A DNA stretch of 64,000 nt from Selaginella moellendorffii (Eukaryota; Plantae; Lycopodiophyta). The stretch is taken from assembly GCF_000143415.4 (NCBI RefSeq), contig NW_003314320.1, positions 943,231 through 1,007,230 of the forward strand, read 5' to 3'. The notes under the pieces are model-generated. The model was given only the letters and a program-made list of their open reading frames with translations. It did not search any database and was not told the origin of the DNA. Each line of letters starts with the position of its first letter. Position 1 is the first letter of the stretch. Shown piece after piece: positions 11,828 to 24,745 of this stretch. Position numbers and translations under genes: made by a program.

Positions 11828-14163
11828 GAGGCGAGCGCGCGAGGATTCTTCATCGACAATGGTGTGATTCGCTAAAGTGACATTCGCCCGGCCTATCCTA
11901 GAAGAGTTTTCTCAGTCTCTGTCCAGGCGTCACGATCGCTAGTACTCGCCACACCAAAAGGTCCGATAGGAAGTTCTTCTTGACGACAAAGATTCGAGCT
12001 TTCCTAATGTAGTCGGGTAAAATATTTCAAACGCTTGGATCCCTAACACTGATCGTGTGATTCGATATAGCACGGCAGTGGACAGGCTTAAGACGATCGC
12101 CGGTCCGGCTCCTTGAGTGGCGAACGAGAAACCTGAGCAAGTAAGAACTTTCTGTTTACTAGCTCCTCGAAAAAGAAAAGAATCTCAGGCTATCGTGTGA
12201 TTCTGGAATTGAATGCTAGAGTTAAAGCATCTCATCTTTGCGAATAAAGATTGAGGACAAGAATTCACGTCAAAAACTCCGATTTGATCGATCTAACGAC
12301 AAGGATGGTTGAGCAGGGCGAGGTCATCAAAGTTCATCTGACGGCCATATCGAAATCTATGGAGGTACACTGCCGACGCCAAAGCTCTTGTGGCCATTGC
12401 CATTTACGAGATGGCAAACGAAAGAGGTAACTCTCGAGCCTGTAAACATCATTTTTCTTCCATCTCTAAACTCCATGCTGTTCTCTACAAGAGCAGGCCT
12501 CAGCCGCTTCATTCGCCACGATCGCCCTCCACTTCCTATGGCACGGGTATAGAACGAGAATGTTTCGAGTGAGATCGCAGGTTCCAAGTTTTACTTTGAT
12601 TTATCTTTTCTCAAGATCAATGGAAGGCGAGTCTCCAGATAGGTAACTTCCTCTGTTTTTTTTCCTTAGTACTGATACACTATGGGTGCGGAAGGAATGG
12701 AGCAACCCACAAATACTTCTGAACGTCTGTGTCCCATAGCGCAATGTAACCATCTTCTACTGATAATCCAGCTGTGACTATGAGATGGATATTTGCAAAC
12801 ACGATCTCCTATATCGATTAAAACGATGCCACCAATCGACATGTCTCCATTCGGTATAGCCAATGGGCATGGAGGACTTGTATGAATAGGACTGTCATAA
12901 GGCGCTTCCTTGGTAACCAAGTCATAAAGAATAAGTTTCCAATTGATCTGTAAAAGGGTTTTATATCTTCCGAGTTAAAGGTATATGGTTCATCAACAGA
13001 TGAACCTAAAGATTCAAAGCCACTGATTATACTCATTGCAAAAGGCTAGCGGTCTTCTAACTTTGAATACCAGTCATGGATTAGAAAAGAACTCTCATTA
13101 TAACTGTCAAGTTGAATTGAAAAATCATAGAAAGGAAGGTTGCTGAAATTTTCCAATGGTTGCAATTGGTATTCAATCCATCACAATCTTTCTTGAAATA
13201 TAATCAATTCCCAAGAGTTCAGAAATGACTAGCATTGTTCTATAGCCATTTTCTTGGGACTGTAAAATGATAGTGTTACAGATTATTTTGTACTCATATT
13301 GCAATATTAGAAGGCAAGTTTATAGATTTGTCAGGAGAGTGCTAATTACCATTAAGGGAGAAATACTAAAGAACCAGAGCTGTATACTTATTTGTGATCA
13401 TAAGATTCTATGTAAAGCTAGACCCTATAGAGTAAGCTTTTCAAGTTACTTAATAATTGAATTTTTTTTTTGTTGATATCATACTTGTAAGTTATAAGAG
13501 AAATATGTTTTGTTATTTCTTTTGTTATTTTTTAACTTTTCAAAAAAAAAAAGAAATTTTCATGTTTCTGGAATATAAATCGAATTAATGAAAGGTGACA
13601 ACCCAGAAATATACACCTCTAAGTAGCCTTGGAAGGCCATGTTAGGATGAATTTCCAAGCAAATCTCTACAGTAGTTAATAAGGTAACGTCAATGAAAAA
13701 ATCTGTTAAATAAAAGGGAAAAAAAGCACTTTAACAAACTTCATCTTACATGTATAACTTTTTTGTCAATTCTATTTTTTGTTTGTTTTATGTTTATTAT
13801 TTTTAGGTTCGTTCAAAAATGGAACTTTTGGGAAAAAATGCTATTTTGGACAACATAAAAAAATCACAATTAGAAAAGCAAACGTACTCATCTTTGGTAG
13901 TACCAAAGAACAAGATGCTTAGTTTAAACTACCAGGTGTTAGAGGCATTGTAAGATCTGGAATATTTTAAACATTGGAAGATATAAGAAAGATGCGAATC
14001 TATAGAATCCATCGCTCTGGCCACGTGGACGACATCCAATGAACAGGGCGGTCGAGACGCTTGCTCGTCTCTGCCGTGAGCCCAAGGATTTGGCTCACGC
14101 CAGAAGGATCCACGGGCGGATCCTAGAGAGCAGCTACTGGCCGAATTGATACCTCTCCACACG

Positions 14164-14385
14164 AATGGAAAGCTTGTTGAATTGAAGTGGTTGTTTAATG
14201 AGATGCCTCATTGAACTCCTGTCTCATGGAATTGCATGCTCATGGCTTATGCTCAGAATGAATGCCTGGACAGGGCCAAGCAAACCTTTGACAAGGCAGC
14301 CCAGCACGACATGGTTAGCTGGTCATCCATGGTCCAAACTTACACTTACCATAGTAGGCTAGATGAGGCAGCCAATCTTTTTTAG
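14164..14385 (+). pseudogene. PPR (S-repeat) fragment
   Basis: NGKLVELKWLFNEMPH*TPVSWNCMLMAYAQNECLDRAKQTFDKAAQHDMVSWSSMVQTY..LDEAANLF*. Confidence 0.75.
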
Positions 14386-15668
14386 GTAAGGAGACTTTCA
14401 GTCATATTAGTGTTATCTTGACACAAAGATTTTTTTGGAAAATATGAGTATTAAATTAGTGACCCTTCTATTTTTTTTTTGGGATAATTCACTTAGTATT
14501 CACAATTTAAGCTGTTTTTATGACTGATCTTTTTTAAATCTGTTTTTATAATAAAAGATCCCTTGTAATCTTTTTATATTGGTTGAAATGGGTTTTAATT
14601 TATCTTTTGTTATCCAATATTTTCATTTATATTTATGTCATAAATCTTTATTCTCTATTGCAACAACCATATATATGTATGTGCATGGGATAAAGTGGAT
14701 TTAGATGTATGTATAGGTGATCTCTAATTTGAAAGTTTTATTTTTATTTTTCAAAGTATGTTCAAGTTTTCCAAGCAAGTGAAATATTACTTCTGGATGA
14801 TGACATTCTTGATTGATAAATAACATTTTGGATAAAAGGACAGTAGTGGTTTCTTCTTTTATCAAGAATATAGACATGACAAGACTTTGTGCAAACACTG
14901 GCTATTGCTATGGAGTCCCAGAGGTTGAGATCCTTGAACTTGCAAACCTAAAGCCTTGAGGCAATGTAATCAAAAGAGTTCCAATGCCACCCCGGTGTTG
15001 TCAGCGATGGAGGCTCCAGGCGACTGCCTTGATCCTCCTCCCTAAGTCTCTAGAGCAGCCTCTCAGATAAGGATTAACTGCTGGGACATGTAGAATCCAA
15101 TGCTAACTGTGGCTGAGCACCATCCTTCGGTCTAGGGTTATATGCAATGCTTTTGTCTCCTAGCAAGATTTGCAAACTAAATATTTTGAGTTTGTTAGAG
15201 CCTCTAATTTGAACTTTTAATTTTTAAGATCTAGTAGGTAAACCTAAAAATAGTAAGCACATAATGTGCCAAATGATAGAATTCCTCCCTGTAAACACAT
15301 ATTGCCGTCAAGCATAAGAAATCCTATCTTATACAGCAGGAATTCATATTATGCATATAACAGGGTCTTGCAGTCTATCCACCTTGAACGAACAAATCAA
15401 ATTCTGGAGAATTGGTTTGTGCCACGTAAGCATTAATACAGAAAGTAATATTATCGCTGAGAACTAATCCACTTAACTGGTGCATATGAAGGAGGAGTAC
15501 CATCAAGTGCCATGCTTGTGCTGCAGGAAGATGGGTACACACCTTAGAGACGTGGAAATTCAAATCCCCCCAAGAATGATTGCTCTGCCTGTTTCTCCAG
15601 ACGTATTGTTGAGTAACATTCAACTAGGAACTGTTATTTTATATTGATGGAAGGACTGTACAAACGAT

Positions 15669-15801
15669 GAATTCGTGGAGTGGTCTCTCAGGAAGGGCCT
15701 CAAGGATAACAATGGTTACGTGAGACAGGTAGCTGCGATGGGAGTGCTCAAGCTACCACATTGCTCCTACTGCTTCCATTGAGAATGATTTCGTGGCTAC
15801 C
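15669..15801 (+). pseudogene. Isolated fragment of a beta-adaptin (AP-4 beta-like) exon
   Basis: EFVEWSLRKGLKDNNGYVRQVAAMGVLKL/(frameshift)HIAPTASIENDFVAT resembles plant AP4B GLKDNNSYVR..GVLKLYHIS..CIDADF. Confidence 0.65.
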
Positions 15802-16009
15802 GATGCCATATTGATTCATATCTAAACGCTTCAACCAGCATTCCAGGCTTTCAGGAACAAACTGATGAGCGAGCGAGCATGTTTTTACACATCAAAATAA
15901 AAAGCTGGGAAAACAAGAAACGAAAGTATCGTCAAAACAAAGTTCAACCTTTCGTGATAGTACTCACCTGAAGTTTCTCACAGGAACAAACATCATGAAT
16001 ATCATATGA

Positions 16010-17565
16010 TCAGCCTGTAGTCCATGCAGTAGCAAACACCACATTGTGCCCCTTCCAAGTGAGCAGCAAGTCGTGCGCATCGCGCTTGAGTCCCCACCCA
16101 GTGGCATGCTGCTCCAGCATCCACTTGACATCTCCCCACACCTCGTCGCAAAATCCCAGCTGCCGGAACCCCGCAAACCTCATCCGCTGGTTCCACTTGT
16201 CCCTCGACTCGAGCCGCTCGATCCGCGCCTCTCCCTCGCAGGCCACAATGTTGTCGATCTTCCGCCCAACATCTGCCTCGTACTGCAGGCGCAGCTCGTG
16301 GTTCCTGGCCAGGCACGACTCGAGCAGATCAAACGGGATCCAGAGATGGTTGTAGGCCGCGCGGAGGCGATCCACCAAGCTGGGCGATGTTACGTCCGCG
16401 TCCTCCTCCACCAGCGTCACCATGTCCGGGTTGAGGCTCCGGATGAGATGGAGGATCTCGTCTCGCGGCGATGATAGCCCGTGATGATCCAAGTGGGGGT
16501 CGTCGTGGTCATCGATCTCCGGGAAGTAATGCAGGCGGAGCTGGCAGTTCACGACCAATGCCTCGTCGCCATCGCGGATCTGGAAGAGCCCCGGGATCAG
16601 ATCGCTGGAGCTCACCACCTCGAACTCGAGGTTGACGCGCTTGCTGCGGGCAAACGTACGGAGACGTGTGCCCAGCTCCTCGTACGGCATGTCAACGAAG
16701 GGTGGCACGCTGGGGCGGGCAGTCAATACGCTCAACCGGACGCTGTTGGGCGGTCCACCTGGCCGGTTGGAGAGCGATTCGATGAGCGTCGGCCACTGCA
16801 TGCAGTGCGTGATGCTCAGATCGAGGATGTGGATCTTGTCGCGCGACTGGACGGCCTCGAGGATGGCGCCGTTTGCCGCCGAGAAGCCAAAACGGTGCCA
16901 TGGAGTTAGATCAACGAATTTGGCGAGCTGGATTGGAGTGAGGAGGCGGTTGTCGAAGCAAGAGGCACTGCTGGCATCGAGGTTCAAGCAAGAGTCTTGG
17001 AAAACCTGCGAGAAACGGGAACAAAGCAATCTAAGAACCAGTTCTAGCGAGCACGAGAACTCTACAAACTTACTGAAAGATTCGTGTTGGCAGCGGCAGT
17101 GGGAGAAGAGCTGGGAAGGAATCTGGGCGGCGAGGAGCTGAATGGGAGCAGCGTTCTCGACACCCGCGAGACGAGCGCCTTGAGGAACCAGGCGGCGACG
17201 CGCTGGTTTGGATCGCCATCGAAGGCGGCGATGTTGTTCAGAACCCACATGATCTGCTGGGCGAAAGTGGTGTCGCTGGATTCCAGCGCGGTGGCGCAGT
17301 GGAGGAGAAGCTGCTCCACGCAGGCGGCGTCGTTTGATCCGCGGAGGATGCTGATGCCTCGCACCGAGAGCCCCGACAGTGGCCACGCTTCCTTGATTGT
17401 CGTGTTGTTCTTGAGCTTCTCGGGAGTGTTGTAATAGTACCTCTCCGGTCCAGGGCTACTGTGCTCCTCCTTGGATAGGAATGCGAGCTCCCTGGAGTCG
17501 AGGTATGATCTGGAGCACGATGTCGCCGCCGCTGGGAGCTGATAGTTCACGGACTGTCTCAACAT
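16010..17565 (-). CDS. GRAS transcription factor, SCL32-like; exons 17565-17074 and 17005-16010 (about 495 aa)
   Basis: CVEQLLLHCATALES..AQQIMWVLNNIA..GDPNQR; DLTPWHRFGFSAAN; IHILDLSITHCMQWPTL; PFYRE/SAW-type end WKGHNVVFATAW; 68-bp GT-AG intron joins the two ORFs in frame. Confidence 0.92.
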
Positions 17566-18724
17566 GATTAATGGTTTAAAGCTAGATGCTGATCTTCGAA
17601 GGCTTCCAGGCGCTGTGGATGAACGATTGTTTTCTTTCTCGGGTGTCGATCACACAGATATCTGTTTGAGTCCTTTACCACCACGGGAGGTTCCAAACAC
17701 CTCAAAGTCAAGCATCACGAACTTAAACTTGGACACCTTGGGAAGCTCAGCCGACCGGTTGAGAGATCCCACGATGAGAGTCTTATAAACTCTCATCCTC
17801 GCCAGACGAATCACCATAAGAGATTAGAATCACCAAAGCTCCTGCGCAAACAACATTTCAATCCAACTCTACACGATTGCGAAGGCAGGATCTAATAGTG
17901 GATCAAACTCTATAATGCTTACCACACTCAGGGGAAGTTCCTCGTGTTTCAACCAGGCATAGACACACATACTACAAACTGGTCGTCTAGATTTGAGGCA
18001 CAGGCTATGCCTCACGAAACTAGACTGGTAAATATACCACTATCACACTGTGAAAGCTGCCAAAACACCCGGTGTTTATAAAATTAGAAACAAGCCATGG
18101 ATGAGCAGCAACAGTGAAACCAACAGTGCCATAGTGATCCACATTCACCAAAATACTTACTCTAGAAAAAAAACTTGTATAAACAACTTGGAAGAAGGCC
18201 ATGGCGACAAAGCCTCTCTGGGGACTGGACAGCGCCGCCTAGAGATCCTTCCGCTTGTTTTCATGTACCACCTTTGTTTGGGAGTGCGTGAGGTGGAATA
18301 TACCCGTCGTACCATGGGATTTCTTCCTCTTTTTTTTCTTTCGCCCACTGTAACAAACGGCACTGTCTGGGGAATATATGCGTATACGATCGATCGGGCT
18401 CCATGACGGCTCCGTCAACCTTTCCTTTGCTGAAAAGATCGGTGGTGAAAAGTCGCGTTTGACGCATGCATTTGTACGTGTTGCTCGTCACCTTTTTGGC
18501 TTTTGGAATCCAAGCTCTTGGAGGGACTAACTCGCTCCCATTTCTCGCAAAGTTTAGTTGATATCGTCAGGTACCTTTGGTTTGATTGGCGGTGCTCCAA
18601 AATCCAACCTAGTAAAACTCACCATGCAAGAACAGTGGCACACCCAAGATTCGCTAAACAAGCCCCATTCTTGGAATGCAACAAAACCTTTGATTAACAA
18701 AACGTTTGCTCTCATTTGATTAAG

Positions 18725-18790
18725 TTCCTGGCGATTTAACAATCCATGCGAATGGAGTGATTACATTCCTGGCGATTTAACAATCCATGC
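18725..18790. repeat. Tandem duplication of 25-bp TTCCTGGCGATTTAACAATCCATGC (41-bp period)
   Basis: Identical copies at 18725-18749 and 18766-18790. Confidence 0.9.
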
Positions 18791-19540
18791 AACTGGAGCA
18801 TCTTCGCTGGATTTTCGGGAGCATTGAAATTTCAGTTGTTGAGTGATCCCATTCTCCAGTTTGGCACTTTCCTCGGGTTTTGTTGTTAACACCACTGTTG
18901 ATATCAGTGACACTGTTCCGTCCATAGCCAGTCTAGGCCTCTCCAGTCAGATATAGCAGCTTTGTAATCTATGACTGGCCAAAGAAACTTTTCCAATCGT
19001 TAAGATCACTATCGCGTTAAGCTCACTGTCATGTCGAAATGCGGGCTTGGATGTTTAGCCATTGCCAGCGAATTCGCTGCCTTACAGCGACCGCGGATCC
19101 TGGGAGCCACGACAAGTGAGAAAGGACCAGAGCAAAGGAAAGAAAGAAAAACTTACGCGATAACGACGCCAAAGTGATTCGCTATTCATATCAGTATGTC
19201 CTCGAAGGGGAGCAACGACAAGCCTGGGCCATGCCGAGCCGCCTCGTTCTTGTCTTACTACGCGTGCCATTCGCCACCAAGACGGAAAGTTCACGAACTC
19301 GTCGTCTCATCGTCTCTTAGATACTGGCTGGGAACTGGGCTCAATGCAGATCCAGCACGCCGACAACAGCATAGATGATCGGTTTGCGATCTGTCCCGGT
19401 CGATCAAAACTCTTGCAGTGGCCTGCCGGAGGAGCTCAGCTGCGATTCTAGCTTTCCCTGTCAGCGAGAGAGGATGAGTTAAGACAGGCAGAGGGAATAT
19501 AACGAAGACGTTGATACCTCAACGAGCTGGTCATAAGGTG

Positions 19541-22500
19541 TCAAGGAGCGCTTTTATCGTTTTTTTCGTTCTCAGGCAGCTCCTCAAGCGCTCTACGAGA
19601 AGGCACATGGATAGCAAAAATCTGGTTCTTCAGACGAAGGGGTACGCTGCTCTGCTTCTCGCTGTCCAAACTGTGGAACCAGTCTTGCACGGTTTTCACG
19701 TAGTCCAAGCTCAGAACGTCCAGGCCTTGACTGTCGGTTGCATCATCGTCATCTGTCAACCGTGGAGCCCTTTTATCATGAACTGACAGCTCCAACAGGG
19801 CAGCTGCCGCAACCAGGCGAGTCGCGAAGGAAAACCTTCCTTGCTCATGGTTCCCATCTTCAAGTATAAAAGCCAAGCTTTGTCTCAGCTTGTCAACACC
19901 AGGCATTTCCTGGCCACCTTCCAAGCCTAGCCTGTAATGACACTAAATTAGAACAAGTATGAGTGTTTAGTGATAAATACCTTCCTAGGCTACCAAGGAG
20001 ATGAGCAACGCCTCCTACTGTCGTTTGTGCAACACCAGGCGCCACAAGGACCCATAATCTCTCTACGATAAGATTGTTGTATGTCCATTCCCATCCCTGA
20101 ACAACATGTCATTGATGAAACCCGAAAGAAGAAGACACTTACCATGTGAAAGGAGATAAGCTCCAGAGCCTCGACAGCTTCATGAAACTGGATGGGCCAA
20201 GCTTCGGTCTCTTCAAAACAGCTCGAGCTTATACGTTGACACTCCATTTCCTTTATGAAATCAAAACCCGGTAAGTTGGAAGTGCAGAGAAGGTCGAGTG
20301 TGGCCCGTACAACCTCCTGTACAGTGGCGTCAACCGAAACTTCGAAGTGCTCTAGTAGCTTCCTGTCCTGTAGCTTCCCATCTAAACTGGCAAGCGCACC
20401 ACATTGTTGCGGAACCACCACCTCCGCAATCAGCTCGGAAGCAACACATCGGATCACTGTATCTGAGAGGAGCTGTTTCGAAACCGAGGCAAATGAAGCC
20501 AAAACGGTGACCAACAGACCGACATCCATCAGGCTCCAGCGTAGAATCTTGTGAGTGATCTTGCGCAAGAGCCGGAAATGGCCAGATATGTTGCATAGAG
20601 TTGCGAGGAGCTTACTAGCAGCAGCAACCTCGTCCGCTGTTGCTTTAGCAGCAAAACAATCTAGTCTGTGAACTTCCTTTTCGTCTCTTGTCATTATAGC
20701 CATAAAAAACTGAGTTTCGCCGAAGATAAGGAAACTGGAGAGAAGCCTCAGCAGTGTATCAAAGGCCACACGCTTTCCAGTTAAAACTGTAGCATACAGC
20801 AACATATCAGATTCTGATGTATTTTTTTAAAAGGGATGCTACTGACCATTGCAGAGAAAGCTCCCGAACTGGAAAACCACGTTACCATGAAACAGTCTCG
20901 TCGTTAGGATGTTGACAATGCTCGAAGTTACTACCAGCAAGGATGACCTGCCAAAGATGTTAGAATCCTGCAGCCCAAGACAAGCATGCTCACCTCAGTG
21001 TTATGTTCAAAGCCAGGCCACTGGCTCTCGATTCAAACTCTTGCTTCCATGATTCTGAAGGCTTCAAAAGCCCGTCATCACCCACGAAGCAGCCGGCAAC
21101 TATCTCCATATCCAAAACGCTCTGGTTCGGGCAATCTTCATTTGATAAAATAGCCCCGCGCACTTCTTTCGCATCAGAAAACCAAATGCGCAGCTCGTCT
21201 CGATCATCGAAATTCAGTTGACCCCCACGTTCCTCAACGACAGCTTGAGGAGCTGTAGAAAGCAACCTTGGACTGAGTTGATACCTGGTCACGGTGTCCA
21301 AGTCTGCGGCATGTCCAGTGTCCTGTTCGCGGCCTCGAACTATCAAAACTTCTGATTTCCCAGTATTCTGTTGGCAGGCTTCATCCTTGGAAGAGCCTTG
21401 GACCTTCCAGACTTCTGCTCTTCCAATATTTTGTTGGCAGCTTTGAACGTTTGGAACTTCTGAAGCATGTCCTGAAACATCCTGAGGTGACGCAGCCGTG
21501 CACGGTCGAGTCTCCGAGTTGCTAATCGCAGTTTGTGCCCGCGACGGAACCTCAGGTAAGTTTGGCGAATGCAGATTCTTTTTCGCGTCCAGCCACTTTT
21601 CAACGAGAACCTCCATCTCCGAGTCATCATCAATGACGACAGCATCCACCTTCAGTTTCCGCTTTTTCCTGCTCGCCTGTGCTTTCGATGAAAGTTTAGA
21701 ATTGGTTGCCTCAGCTCCACTTCTCTTTCTCTTTTTACGCTGTTTCGCTTGAGGAGACTCACTGTGATTAAGTGCTTGTTCCAGCTCACACAGTTTGACC
21801 TCCATTCTCGAATGCGCCCGTTTCTCCTTGTGAATTAGGCGGCTGAGTGAGTGCAACAGCTTTTTTGCTGTTTTTCCTGCCCCACCACAATCGTCCTGAA
21901 CAGTTAAGTCTGACCCATCCTTTGCAGTCTCATAAACCGGGTCTTTGTCCTGCGTGGCTTTGGCAGTATAAGCCTTCGCCTGCTCGTGATTCTCGCCATG
22001 CACAACAGAGCCTGTTTTCTTCGATGCCGACGTCAATGGTTGAAGTATGTCTGCAATTCCGGGTATCACTTGAATGGCGCCGGTTGAAGTGGAAGTATAC
22101 CGAGAGTCCCGGACCACACTCTGACGATTTAAGTCAGGCCTTTGTTGTTGAGATCTCGGAGGTAGCTTCGATGGAGTTTTCCTAGCGACGGCCTCCGTGG
22201 GCTTTGCGGTCTTTACGGCTGTGGGCTGCCGCAACTGGTTCAGTTGATCGACATATTGTGCATTTTGTGTCTCCAACGCTGCCAACCTCGTAGACAGCGC
22301 GGCCATTTCCTTTTGAGAAGTGCTGACAGTTCCCTGGAGAGCTTTAAGTCCATTTTGAGCCTGCAAGTTCTGTCCACCGGCTGTTGGAAGCGCATTGACC
22401 TGTAACATCTGTTCAGTACTTCTACGTAGCACGAGGTTGAAAGGCATACCTTAGCCGTCAGGTTCTTCTCAAGACTTATACATACTCTTTGCGCTGTTTC

Positions 22501-23329
22501 GCTGGTGGTTACAGCTGCACGAACGCCATCCACGGCCACTCTCACCTGTAAGATTTATTCTTTAAGCAAAAGAAAAGCGAACATAAATCAGTACCTCGTT
22601 ACGCAAATGCTGCACTTCTTTCCGATCAGCTGCCTGTGTGGCCTCCAGGAAATCTATCCTGGCTATTGCCATGGCTAGTGTTTCCTTCAAAGACCGGCCC
22701 TCCACCTCCAGCACTAGCCGGGCGTTCTTCTCTTTCTCAGCAGCCTGTCTTTCCATTGCAGCACGCTCACGCTCTTTTTCGCAATCTGTCAACAAAAGAA
22801 TACAACACGAGAGTGAGCTCCTCGACAAAGTCATCCACCATTCCTACCAATTTGAGACTAAGAGTCCCTGTCTCAGGATCATGCACAAAGAAGCAAGACT
22901 GGTATTGTAAACACCAGTGTGTTGCCTGCCTCATTGTGCAATCCCCAATGGCTCGCATCGTTATGAGAGCCTTTACAAGCAAGACTTGGGCCAAAAACGA
23001 TAGACAGATCCCTATGGAAGGGTTCCGGGGGATTAGATGATCACCACAAGAGCAAAAGACGAAGAAAAAAGTTTGCGAGTAAAGAGATAGAGCCACACAC
23101 CTCGTCGTAGAGCGTCATTCTCTTGCATAACCTTGTCGGCGGCCTCCAGCTTCTCCTTGAGCATCGATATCGCCTGCCGTAGCTTCTTTCTCCCGGCATC
23201 GCTCTTCTCGAGCTTCTCCGCGAGCTGCAGCGATCGATTGACAGACTCGATTTCGATCAAATCGCGAAAGAATCTAGGATATACCTGCTTGCAGCAAGGA
23301 TTCGGAGCAGCAGCAGTGCCGTTTTCCAT
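19541..23329 (-). CDS. EMB1611/MEE22-like large coiled-coil protein, multi-exon
   Basis: N-terminus MENGTAAAPNPCCKQ..RKKLRQAISML followed by coiled coil; C-terminal helical region ALELISFHM..WTYNNL..LLGSLGRLG..GVDKLRQSL..WFHSL, as recalled for At2g34780 homologs. Confidence 0.75.
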
Positions 23330-23497
23330 CCCCGCGAAGCATCAGTCGCGGAGCCCTAGCATCGCCTCCAGCTCCGCCATCGCCTCGACGAACCCTAAAT
23401 TAGAATGCCAAAAGAATATTTACTGGAATATCTGGCGATGAATAGAAGAAGAACAGGACGAGAGGGCTAAAGAGAAGAACGCTCTCTCGTCTCAAGA

Positions 23498-24745
23498 ATG
23501 TCGAGCCTCGGCGATCTTCCCATCGATTGCATTGCGGCGATCATCGGGCGGACAACGCCGCTGGATGCGTGCCGCCTCGCGTCGGTGAGCCAGGCCTTCT
23601 CGGCGGCGGCGAGCTCCGAGCTCGTGTGGCAGGGGCTGCTCCCATCGGATGTGCGCGGCGAGTGCTGCGATTACAGGGATGGATGGAAGAGCTGGAAGGA
23701 GCTCCTCCAGGCCCTGGCGGAGGGGATCTTCGTGAGTGGAGGCCGGCAGAAATATTTGCTGCTGCGACGCACCGGCGGGGTGTGTAGGATCCTGTCCGTG
23801 GCCGGGATGGGCGTGACCTGGGGCCAGGACGCGAGATTTTGGCGCTGGGAGGACTCGCGGAGTTCTTGCTTTGGCAAGGTAAGAAATCCCTCCTCTCTTT
23901 CATTCTTCTTGTTCCATTGCCGCCTTCTTTCTTTCTTTGCATCGAGCGATCGATTGATAGCTCGGCCTCCTGGGCTAGCACTGCCATTCCGATATTTCGA
24001 TTCTTCGTCTTCCACTTTGAGCTCCATTGCAAAATCTTGCCTTGCCCTCTCCATAGCTCCAAGCAGCTCGATACGAGGATTGCTCGCATTGATGGATGGA
24101 TTCCATCGCCAGGGGGGGATAAGCTTTGCTTGGAAATGTCTCTTCGTCATATTGCAGTGTTTCTGGGGTCTTTCTCTTGCGTTGCTTAGAGCATCCCTTC
24201 ACCTAATCTTCTTCTCTACTTAGAAACTTTTCTTTTTCTTTCCTCGCGACAGTTTGTGATTGGCCGATCTAGTTTTTTCTTTCTTTCACGAGAGAGTGAT
24301 TGATTGATTGATCACGTCGAACTCTTCCTTTTCTTGATCGCAGGTAGCGCACTTACTCGCGGTTTGCCGGCTGGAAGTGTTTGGGAAATGGAAATGCTCG
24401 CTAACTCCGGGGAAGTACTCGGCCACTTGGAGGCTCAAGGTAGCAAACCCGCAATTCGGACAGATCCTCTATCTCGCCTGGAAGAAGCCGCTGCTCTTCC
24501 GGCTCAAGATCACGCACGGCAAAGTCTTGGAGAAGGAGCTGGACCTGATGAAGCAGGTCCCAGTCACTGGGTTCGAGCAGTGGTTTGAGTTTGAGGTCGG
24601 GCAGATCGTCGTGGAGGGCGAGAGATTGATCGCCCAGCCGCTGGAGCTCGAGTTTTGCATCCGGGAAGTGGATTGCAGCTACTGGAAGGGTGGGCTGTAT
24701 CTAGATTGCTTGACGCTGAGGCCGACGGAGGAGGAGAAAAACTAG
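23498..24745 (+). CDS. F-box / phloem protein 2 (PP2) lectin-domain protein; exons 23498-23878 and 24344-24745
   Basis: F-box LGDLPIDCIAAII..DACRLASVS..ELVWQGLLP; PP2 domain VTWGQDARFWRW..VAHLLAVCRLEV..WFEFEVG..EVDCSYWKGGLYLD. Confidence 0.9.

Noticed and set aside
16010-17386. 458-aa ORF as the complete GRAS protein
   Set aside because: Its N-terminus is off-frame; the real exon 1 is the 17565 frame joined by an intron.
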